A stretch of 63,939 nt of DNA, counting the filler, from Pelomyxa schiedti (taxonomy: Eukaryota; Protista; Evosea): assembly GCA_020536535.1 (NCBI GenBank). It is 6 parts of 6 records of this genome, joined end to end, with 100 filler letters (N's around TTAATTAATTAA, not from the genome) between each part and the next. Parts side by side here need not be neighbours in the genome. Positions count along the whole stretch, not along the records: positions 1 to 25,120 come from JAHLWZ010000223.1; positions 25,221 to 51,528 come from JAHLWZ010000008.1; 4 more parts are not named here. One strand, 5' to 3'. Shown here piece after piece: positions 23,380-33,371 of the stretch. The notes under the pieces are model-generated. The model saw only the letters and a program-made list of their open reading frames with translations. It was not told the DNA's origin and did no database searches. The first letter of the stretch is position 1; each line of letters begins with the position of its first letter. A program made the translations under genes and the position numbers.

Positions 23380-23938
23380 TGGTGGCCAGTGAAAGACAAC
23401 AAAGTTTGTTACCACAGATCACTGGTTTTGCGTTGTTTTCCCACAGCAGACTGGCAGATGTCCAGATCCCTTTTCTTTTTAACTTTGAAGGAGGGGTGAC
23501 GGTGACACAGACTGCAGCCTGTGTCGTTGTCATCAGCACACAATACCATCACACTAACCTCCCACAAAGCTGCCATCAATGTTGCTCTTCTAACTCTGGG
23601 GAGTGACTGTGAAAGCAAACAACTTCCACACCCTGGAGTGTTCCCACCTCCAGTAAATGGGTCCACTTAGGGAGAAAAGCCCCACAGTGGTTACGCCTTT
23701 GAAAAATTTGCCAAGCCTCGGCCTTGCTCGCGAGGCTCTGAAGTCTGGCGCGGGATGATTGGAGAGACTGAGCCAAATCTGGCTGTTTTAACAGAGTTGA
23801 AAAAGCGATCTGCAGCTCTGAGTCAGTACTGGGAGATTTGCTTCATAGCAGGTTCGTAGGTAGTGAGCAAGTGGGAATGCCAAACGCCTGTGAGAATGTT
23901 AAATCAGATTTGCGATGGTTACTGGAAATGGAGGCCGA

Positions 23939-24380
23939 GAGTAAAGATCACATGGCGGGGCTAGCACAAGCAGCTGCCGTTGATAATCCTCAAGTCAAAT
24001 TGGCTCGGCTGCGTTGAAAAGTGGTCCCCCCCACTACTCTGGACCATGTGGCTGTTGGAACCATCTAGAACAAGGGTGTCCTTTTAAGCCAGGCTCAAAT
24101 CCACCTGACAACACACAAAGTAAAAAATTCGAAGATTATTATTATTGAATTTTCTTGTTCACACAAAAGCACATAATGATAATGTTTTGGTTATTCTTGT
24201 GGAGTGTTGGTGTGTTCTTATTGAGCCTGGCTTAAAAGGACACCCTTGTTCTAGAAGGTTCCAACAGCCACATGGTCCAGAGTAGTGGGGGGGACCACTT
24301 TTCAATGCAGCCGAGCCAATTTGACTTGAGGATTATCAACGGCAGCTGCTTGTGCTAGCCCCGCCATGTGATATTTGCTC
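23939..24380. repeat. Foldback inverted repeat (160-bp arms, about 4 mismatches, 122-bp AT-rich spacer)
   Basis: 23939-24098 is the reverse complement of 24221-24380, checked base by base. Confidence 0.93.
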
Positions 24381-24602
24381 AATCACAAATCTGCAAGTCA
24401 AGATCAGATCTCTCACCCCCGAGATGATCAGATTCCTCCGACTCAGTGAGTTCGTGTACTTTATGGAAGTACACAGTTCCTTGGTTAATTGGTTAATTGG
24501 TTNNNNNNNNNNNNNNNNNNNNNNNNNNNNNNNNNNNNNNNNNNNNNNNNNNNNNNNNNNNNNNNNNNNNNNNNNNNNNNNNNNNNNNNNNNNNNNNNNN
24601 NN

Positions 24603-25120
24603 TCGATTGTTCGGATTTTCTAGTAAATATTAAGTGCCAAAATCCATGTAAAAGCCGAACATACAAAGTCAACGCCAATTGTGCTAATGTAACTTTCTGT
24701 GTACATGTCATCCTGAAGTTTCCCGTTAATGAAGAATCGCTAAATACAAGTAAACTCACTGCAAACCGCAAAAGCAAGCAACCTGTAGTTTTGTTAGTCT
24801 TTTTTCTATTAAAGTACTGGCATAAGGACCGTACTTTTTCCAACACCAGAGTCCCCAATGAGCAACAATTTGAACAGGTAGTCGCTGAAGAAAAGAAAAG
24901 AAAAGAAAAAAAAATCCTAAGCGAACGTAGATCCGGTGTTTTCTGCACATACTACTCGGGGTTGTTCATCTTCAACAGATCGCTATGCTCGTGCGCTTCG
25001 GCTTGTTGTTTTGTTTTTTTTTATAAAAAAATGAAGCCGGACGAGCAGCGGGGTTTGATGTCTTGTTGTTCCTTTTTTTCAACTCAGATTCCCGGAATGA
25101 CCCCACACACCACTCCAGCT
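24603..25120 (-). other. RAB1: Near-identical second copy of the Rab1-B 5' half (probable alternative haplotig)
   Basis: Starts at exactly the same base (tcgattgttcgg) as 4785 after an N gap; differs by a few intronic/UTR substitutions and short indels. Confidence 0.75.
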
Positions 25121-25220
25121 NNNNNNNNNNNNNNNNNNNNNNNNNNNNNNNNNNNNNNNNNNNNTTAATTAATTAANNNNNNNNNNNNNNNNNNNNNNNN
25201 NNNNNNNNNNNNNNNNNNNN
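25121..25220. other. Artificial contig-join spacer (44 N + TTAATTAATTAA + 44 N); also at 51529-51628, 57255-57354, 58495-58594, 61443-61542
   Basis: Identical six-frame-stop 12-mer centred in 100-nt N blocks five times. Confidence 0.92.
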
Positions 25221-26397
25221 GATGTTGTTGAAATGTATGTAACTACAGCAGAAAGCCGGCTTGATGCGAAACTAAATGAAATCCGAGATACACAAATACT
25301 CCAAGGAGCCGACATCAAGGTAAGCAATTCCTCAAATCAAGGTCTCACCTAAACCACACTCAGGCATCCCTTGACGAGTTACGAACAGATATCAAAGTGC
25401 GAGTTTAAATTTCCAAACTTCACTAAAACAAACAAACAAACCCACACAGAACCTCACGGAGCAGATATTCATCCTCAGGCAGGAGCTACGAACCTCCCCT
25501 CAGTTCCTCTGAGCCCTGATGCCTCAATCAAAAGTAAAAACGAAAAAAAGATGCACCTCTTTCTCCTAAATATCACTTTTCGCTTAAGCGAGACGATGCA
25601 CCAACCACACCGACAACAAACGGGCAATGCGACGCCTGCACCTGCCACCAAGAGACCCGTGGTTTCTCGTTCATCTTCTTGTGCCCAGCAGCAACCCCAC
25701 TCACAACCACCAATAAAGCCAACCCCACAACAACAACACCACACAAGGCACACAAGCGACCCCACATCATCATCACCATCAGCACATCCCACCAGAAACA
25801 ACAACAACAACAACAAGGTTAGGGCCGAACTCCCACAATCCTACACACAATCAACATCACAAACTAAGAGGAGCACGGACCCTCACACGTCATCACCAAA
25901 AACAACTGCTGCAGCCACTCCCATAAGTCGCGGCAACGCACCGCCGCCTGCTGCACACTCACACACTGGCGATACTATCACCCAAATCACACATCCCCCA
26001 TCTCCTAAAAAACCCCACACCACATCATCATCATCTCCCACAAGTTCACAACCAATGGCACAAAAATCAGCCTGTGTAACACACCAAAGTCCACAATTAC
26101 AAACCGAACCACGAACGCAACCGCAATTGCAAACAACACAATCACTGTCACAACCACAAACACAATTGCAAACACAAAGAGTTCTACAAGGAGAACAACA
26201 CCAGGAGCAACCACTGGCAGTGGTTACGAATGTTGAGGCACAGAAGGAGGAGGCTGATGTCGCAGTGACAGTGACAGGGAGGCAGAGGACATTGGCAATG
26301 GTGAAGCCTGATGTGGTGGAAGCTGGCAGGGCTGATGATGTTGTGGCTATTGTGTATGATGAGGGGTTTGAGGTTGTGTGGTGCAACACTGTGCAGC
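25221..26397 (+). other. Second copy of 29160-30362 (WD40 gene 3' exons + NDK gene 5' part); probable haplotig or recent duplicate
   Basis: Collinear near-identity from gatgttgttgaaatg to aacactgtgcagc, bounded by N blocks, with substitutions and short indels. Confidence 0.75.
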
Positions 26398-26497
26398 NNN
26401 NNNNNNNNNNNNNNNNNNNNNNNNNNNNNNNNNNNNNNNNNNNNNNNNNNNNNNNNNNNNNNNNNNNNNNNNNNNNNNNNNNNNNNNNNNNNNNNNN

Positions 26498-29454
26498 CAT
26501 CAACCTGGACATCAACCAAACCCGCGTCCCTGTACGCTGTACAAGATCCCTCTTTTCGCATTTTATTGTTCACCCGTGTAAAAAGGAAAAAAGGCACCTT
26601 CAGTGATCGCTGGCAAGGAGCCCTGCGGCGACGGCTGGTGGTGATGATGATACAGCGGGGGGTGGTTGTTGTTAGCGGAGGGGGGCCCACGGTGAAGACG
26701 TGGGAGATGGTGGGCGGGGGCACAGGGGGCGCAGGGGGTGGGGGCATGCGAGGGGCGGGGAGCTGGGCGCCGCTGGGGGACTCGTGTGGGGTGACGGCGG
26801 CTAGGTGCGCTGGGGGCGGCGACGACGTGCCTAGCGGGCAGCCTGGGGGTGGTATGTGTGTCACTACGCGGGGGGGATCTTATCGATTGCAATTGTGGGC
26901 TGTTGTTTTTGTTTTGTGGTTTGGTTTTTGTTTTTTTTTTTCCTCTCTTTTCCCACGCAATTGTGTTTGTGGGCTAATTGGGTTTTTTTTCCCCCTCTTC
27001 CTTTATAGGTAGTAGGTATATTGTAGTCGGTGGGGAAAGTGGATTTGTGGCCCTGGTGGATCCACTTTCTTCAGAGGCTGTCAGTGGATTCCCCACTTTG
27101 CCTTCTGTTGCTCCTGCAAATAAGGTAGCATTCTTGTTTTGGTTAGATACCACCATAGATAGAACTGACGCAACTTATCAGAAATTACCCCGTATTGCCC
27201 ATTTGTCAGTGTCCTCACAGTCAAGGTACCTTTTTGTTGGGCACTCTGATGCTTTGCGGTTGTGGGACCTCAGATCAAGGACAATCAAGAAGATATACAA
27301 GGTGCCGAAATCCTTACATTTTGTTAATTCTTTAATGATAAATATGAACATATTCTGATACACTTATAGAGTGCCTCACCCCTGTTGTGTACAGATACGA
27401 TTCCTGGGATTGATGCCAAAACACAAGGAATTTGCGGAGATACTGGAGGGACTATTATGCTGGTAACTGGGGTAGCTGTTTCAGTTGTAACTTCACCAGA
27501 TACAAAGGTAAATTCTTTAACCAAGTGTATTTTAACTCAATTGAATAGCCCGTGAGAGCACTGAAATTCACGTCTCCCCTCCAAGTTTCCTCCGCTGGTG
27601 ACGGGTCAAATGTCTACACCTGGAGTGTATCACCAACTGGAATGTCTCTGGTAAACACACAAACTTATCCTAAATTTGGAGTCTGCTGTGGGATGGCCTC
27701 CGGAAAATGCTATATTCTGGCAGCAGTATGGTCTTCCGGAGTTATTTCTATTCACAGAGACAATACTCGGAAGTAAATGATTACCTCTTTCGTGTCTCCC
27801 ATCTCACTTTACCAAGTATCCAAACTATCCAATGCATCGAGCCACTCAGTTGCATTGATTTCCTTGATGAAACTGCTTTTTCCGTTGGCACCACCAAAGG
27901 TTTTTCTCCTGGTCATTTTAAATTTCCAAGTCACTCCCTTCCAGGGCAAATAATGATATTCGATTTGCGTAGCCTGGGATCTCCTCTCTTCCAAATCTCA
28001 GCTCATAATTGTGGAATATCCACACTTCACCACTTTTCACCCATTGTTGACACACCCACTTATCTTCAACAATCTTCACAAAACACCCTTGTAACCACAT
28101 CTGCCTCAGCTGTTAGTAGCTCGGCGAATTGGCAGGAGAACACATTTTCTTCATCAGGTATCAGCAATGTTCAGAACCCCTCAAATCCATTTCCTATGCA
28201 TACACCACAGTCCTCTGGTTTCCAAACAGCCCCACCGCAAGTCTTACAAACACCTCCCTTTTTCAATCAGCGTCAGCAACCCGGATTCCTTTTGTTTACA
28301 CCCAGTCAACCCCAACAGCAGCTACCACCACCCAGCACAAAACCACATCCGTCGTTTCTGGTTACACCCCAAAGACCCGCAGAAAAGTACTATTCTTATC
28401 TCATTTCGGACTTTGAAATCACTAATATACAGAAATCAAGATATCCCCATGACTATGGTAAACCCAATGCCAGAGCTTCTTTCCCCAATAGGAGCAACTC
28501 GGGTTGACCCCGATAATAGCTTTTTGTCATCTTCCGCCAATTTTGGCAGTACACTTACACAACCAAACCCACAACCCCCACATTCCCTCACCTCGACATT
28601 ACCCGCACAAAACAAAGCACCAAGCCAGACACTGCAACAGCTACAGCAGCGGCTTCATCAACTCCAAGGGCAATCCAGCAACTCAACAGCAGCTGGTTAT
28701 ACAACTAATTCTTTATCTAACCAACCTCCAAACTCCTCACAACCGCAGGACCAAAAAAAAGTTCTCCAGCAACCAGCACCAGCCCAGCCGCCGCCGGCAC
28801 CACCATCTGCATTACCCACACATCTCCGGCTGCATGCCCATACATCGAATTCATCATCATCCAGTACCTCTTCCACCAACCCATCAGCCCCGCAAGCTAC
28901 TACACAGGCACCGCAACCCACATCAGCCACATCCCCGCCGATTCCAATTTCCACAACCCAAACTATTCCACCAACACATTCCCCAGAGCCAATGCTCCAA
29001 TCCGATGATCATACCACAACCAAAGCTGAGGGTGGGATAACTCGCGAATGGTTAAAAGGTATGAATGAAACCAAATAAAATCCCCCGACCTCTATTCTAT
29101 CTATGTATCTATTCAATATAAAACCAATCCCACCACTAAACCACCACAATTCTCATCAGATGTTGTTGAAATGTATGTAACTACAGCAGAAAGCCGGCTT
29201 GATGCGAAACTAAATGAAATCCGAGATACACAAATACTCCAAGGAGCCGACATCAAGGTAAGCAATTCCTCAAATCAAGCTCTCACCTAAACCACCCTCA
29301 GGCATCCCTTGACGAGTTACGAACAGATATCAAGGTGCGAGTTTAAATTTCCAAACTTCACTAAAACAAACAAACAAACAAACCCACACAGAACCTCACG
29401 GAGCAGATATTCATCCTCAGGCAGGAGCTACGAACCTCCCCTCAGTTCCTCTGA
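26498..29454 (+). CDS. WD40-repeat protein with S/P/Q-rich linker and C-terminal coiled coil (NEDD1/GCP-WD-like), 5' end in gap
   Basis: WD-like exons (LFVGHSDALRLWDLRSRTIKKIYK; VSSAGDGSNVYTW; GQIMIFDLRSLGSPL); terminal exons DVVEMYVTTAESRLDAKLNEIRDTQ..NLTEQIFILRQELR. Confidence 0.6.
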
Positions 29455-29558
29455 GCCCAGATGATGCCTCCATCAAAAGTAAAAAAGAAAAAAGATGCAT
29501 CAATCTACCTCTTTCTCCTAAATAACACCTCGTTTCGTTTTTTTAATTAATCGAGACG

Positions 29559-30767
29559 ATGCACCAACCACACCGACAACAACCGGGCTATGTGACGCCT
29601 GCACCTGCCACCAAGAGACCCGCGGTTTCTCGTTCATCTGCTTGTGCCCAGCAGCAACCCCACTCACAACCACCAATCAAGCCAACCCCACAACAACACC
29701 ACACAAGGCACACAAGCGACCCCACGTCATCACCGCCATCAGCGTCGATGCCACATCCCACCAGAAACAGCAACAACAAGGTTCGGGCCGAACTCCCACA
29801 ATCCTGCACACCATCAACATCACAAACTAAGAGGAGCACGGACCCTCACACGTCATCACCAAAAACAACTGCAACAGCCACTCCCATAAGTCGTGGCAAC
29901 GCACCGCCGCCTGCTGCACACTCACACACTGGCGATACTGTCACCCAAATCACGCATCCCCCATCTCCTAAAAAACCCCACACCACATCATCACCATCTC
30001 CCACAAGTTCACAACCAATGCCACCGAAATCAGCTTGTGTAACACACCAAAGTCCACAATTACAAACAGAACCACGACCGCAACCGCAATTGCAAACAAC
30101 ACAATCACTGTCACAACCACAATCGCAATTACAAACACAAACACAAAGAGTTCTACAAGGAGAGCAACACCAGGAGCAAACACTGGCAGTGGTTACGAAT
30201 ATTGAGGCACAAAAGGAGGCTGATGTTGCAGTGACAGTGACTGGGAGGCAGAGGACATTGGCAATGGTGAAGCCTGATGTGGTGGAAGCTGGCAGGGCTG
30301 ATGATGTTGTGGCTATTGTGTATGATGAGGGGTTTGAGGTTGTGTGGTGCAACACTGTGCAGCTTCTGCCTCATCACATTGCTAAGCTGTATCCTGATAA
30401 GGTGGACAAGTGGTTCTTCCATGAAATTGTGGAGTACATGACAAGGTTTTGGTGCAATTACACCAAATTTGATTTTGCCTCACACCTAAATTAGTGGTCC
30501 AGTTCTTGCGATGATACTAGAACGTGATGACGCCATCAATTACTGGAGGAAACTTATTGGCCCAACATATGTGGCACAAGCAAGAGCCACTGCCCCCTGG
30601 AGGTATCAAACAAACCAAACTTCACTTATTATTAACTTGTGAAATTATGTAGCCTGCGTGCCAAGTTTGGGTGCCTTCTCCCTGGCATGAACGGGTTCCA
30701 CGGTAGTGACTCACCACAATCAGCTGCTGCCGAAATGCAATTCTTCCAATCCAACTTTCCATATTGA
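29559..30767 (+). CDS. NDK: Nucleoside-diphosphate kinase domain protein with about 230-aa disordered N-terminus
   Basis: RTLAMVKPD..WFFHEIVEYMT|SGPVLAMILERDDAINYWRKLIGPT..|LRAKFG..NGFHGSDSPQSAAAEMQFF; catalytic HGSD intact. Confidence 0.88.
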
Positions 30768-30836
30768 CACCAACACTATCTATCAACCATACAACAGAGT
30801 ACGTACACATTTTTTCCCAGAACCAATCATCAGATA

Positions 30837-31741
30837 ATGCAGACCACAACCGAAACGACACACCCACCATCAACACCCACATCACCAACAACAACAACAG
30901 GAACAGGAACACTAGCGAGTTTCCCAAAGTCACTGGCACAGAGGGTGTTCGAGTTCACACAACAGGTGGAGGCAAAGGCCAAAAGTGACACACAACCACT
31001 GGCTCTGGCCCTGTTGATGGCCACTCATCCTCGCTGCGGCTCTCACTTTTGTTGTCCAGCACAGAGTGGACACACCACTCTCAATTACTGCGAACAACCA
31101 AGTAATGCACAGTGCCACTGTGCATCAATGGGGTCTTTGGAAGTTCTTGATGGTAGTGTTGTCAGGCTTATTTGGTGTTCATTGGTAAATGTGATTGTGT
31201 CCAGGCACTGGGTAAAAAATATCCCTAAAACGAAATACCATGGGAGGTTCTTCAATGTAAGTCCACTTTCACCTGCTTGGAAATTCAGATGACCATTGTA
31301 GGAGTACAAAAAGATAGTTGAAAGAATAAACCCTGCAATACCTCTTAGTATTGATGAGGCTGATCCACTGCATCTCATTGGAACAATAACTGGGCCAGCT
31401 GGTTCACCCTATGAGGCTGGCAAATTTCGTGTTAGTGTCAGACTGTCCCCTGGCTATCCAATAGACTCTCCAAGTGTGCAGTTTCTCACCAAGGTGGTAC
31501 TGTACTTGCCTTGACCAAGTCATTTATTTGCTTGTAGATACACCACCCTGGTGTTTCTGCCGAAGGAATGCTACGTCCCATCATTCCCTGGTCTCCTGTC
31601 ATACCTATTCTTTCTCTTCTTGAACGGCTACAGATACTGCAGCTGGGTGCACCAGAAGGCGATATTGGTGAAGCCGTCCATTCCAGGGACCCCATGTTGT
31701 TTAACAAACACCATCAGATCATCCAATGGATACCACAGTAG
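30837..31741 (+). CDS. Lineage-specific ALLMATHPRCG N-terminal module fused to a ubiquitin-conjugating (E2/UBC)-fold domain lacking the catalytic Cys
   Basis: GTITGPAGSPYEAGKFRVSVRLSPGYPIDSPSVQFLTK|IHHPGVSAEGMLRPIIPWSP; HPN becomes HPG and the G-x-I-C position reads GMLR. Confidence 0.75.
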
Positions 31742-32299
31742 CTTCACACTGGTCGCAGGATCGTGAGGCTGCAATAGCCAAAGGTACACAGTTCACTATA
31801 CTAAGAACAACAATAAAACACAACACACACACAGCAAATGAGTGGACGGCACTCTACGCCAGGGACCCTGACACCCAAACTGATTTCCGTAAATGGTAGT
31901 TTCCTGTAACTGAACAACGTTGTTCAATTTCGCGAACTCCGGTTGTTAATTAATTTAAAATCGTACATTTGTTGTAGGGTGGTGCGCACCACGAAGGGAT
32001 CTACGAATGTCGTCACCGTCGGTGTTGAGGAGACAACAAGGGTCGCTTTCTCGCAGTGGTTGTAGATCAGATCCCAATATATTATATTATATTGTTCTCC
32101 CTTTTTTTTTTGGTTTTTTGCGGTGCATAAGTTTAGTTTCGCTTTATATTTATTGTTTTATGTTCCATTTTATGGATTTATGAAAATGAATTTCTATTTT
32201 CCCCTACATACATAGCCACAACAAACAGTTTCTGTTTTTTTATTTATTTATTTTTCCCCCCGTATAGACTCGTATAGAGCGAGAAGAGGATTTCATAAA

Positions 32300-33232
32300 A
32301 TGAGTGCTAAGAAGGGTGCCCTTCAATTGGACGTCAAAACCGTAGTAGTCGTTACAGAGGCTGTGCCTCTGGACGATGACGTAATGGTTGAATGTGAGAT
32401 AGAGGACATTCTAAGCCCAGGCCGACAGAGAAAATCCGTTTCTCCATCACCTGCCCGCCGGGTCTCTCATCTGCTTCAGAGCCCATCATCCGCTGCTCTT
32501 CTGAGGTCATCGTCCTCCTTTACGTCGCCGCGGCCAGTTCCATCTCCTGCACCTCAAGTTGAGACTCCAGCACATATTCCGGAAGTTACTGTTCCTAAAG
32601 AATCACCTTTCCCTGCTGAATTGGAAGTTAAACCCTCTCCCAGCACTTCAGAACCGGAACCGCAGCAAGCGGCACCTGAGGCCTCACATGGTACCAGTGT
32701 GAACCCTGTGCAACCTGCACAGGAAACACAAAATCAAGCTCCGGTGCCATCTAACCCAGGTGAAGCAGAAGAACCAACGGAGACAGGCCCGGAATCCGTC
32801 GAATCAGGAGACCTTGAACTGTACCCAGAAGAACTAGATGACGATGGCGATGACGATGACCAGCTTGGTATACTCGAACCGGAGTTCTTGGCAGCAGAAG
32901 ATCCCTTAGCCCCTAATCCGGAGCTAGATGAAGTACAGTATTCGGAAACAGCAGAACATACCCAAGACTACCAGTGCGTCGAAGAGCCACCGCATCCCAT
33001 TCTGTTGCTGGATACAGATGATGATTTACCTATCTTGGTTCAAGAGGACTTGCCACGTGCGGAAAAAGGTATTGAATACCTTGAGGAGTGCGGGCATTGC
33101 GTCGAGACGCTCACACAAATACATCACAACCCCAAACCTCCAAGTACCCAGTGCACGCTATCTCCGGCACTAATTCTGCTAATAGCAGACATTGTATTGA
33201 CATACTATTTCCTATGTGATATTTTGAGTTAA
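32300..33232 (+). CDS. Hypothetical acidic, Pro/Glu-rich protein with hydrophobic C-terminal stretch
   Basis: 310-aa ATG-initiated ORF with coding-like composition between AT-rich flanks; no recognisable domain; the 3' end may be intronic. Confidence 0.5.
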   Translation: MSAKKGALQLDVKTVVVVTEAVPLDDDVMVECEIEDILSPGRQRKSVSPSPARRVSHLLQSPSSAALLRSSSSFTSPRPVPSPAPQVETPAHIPEVTVPKESPFPAELEVKPSPSTSEPEPQQAAPEASHGTSVNPVQPAQETQNQAPVPSNPGEAEEPTETGPESVESGDLELYPEELDDDGDDDDQLGILEPEFLAAEDPLAPNPELDEVQYSETAEHTQDYQCVEEPPHPILLLDTDDDLPILVQEDLPRAEKGIEYLEECGHCVETLTQIHHNPKPPSTQCTLSPALILLIADIVLTYYFLCDILS

Positions 33233-33371
33233 ACATAAGAGTGTTTTTGTAAGTATCTTTTCCTCAATTACTACGGCAAAACGTGCAATTTAGAACAAAG
33301 GAAATTTACAAGGTTTTTTTTCTTGCTTGTTAGTACATGTATAAATGCATGGCTGGATGAAATGCTATCTA

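Noticed and set aside
29559-31741. NDK-E2 fusion protein
   Set aside because: The NDK frame ends with TGA at 30765-30767 and the next ORF has its own ATG at 30837
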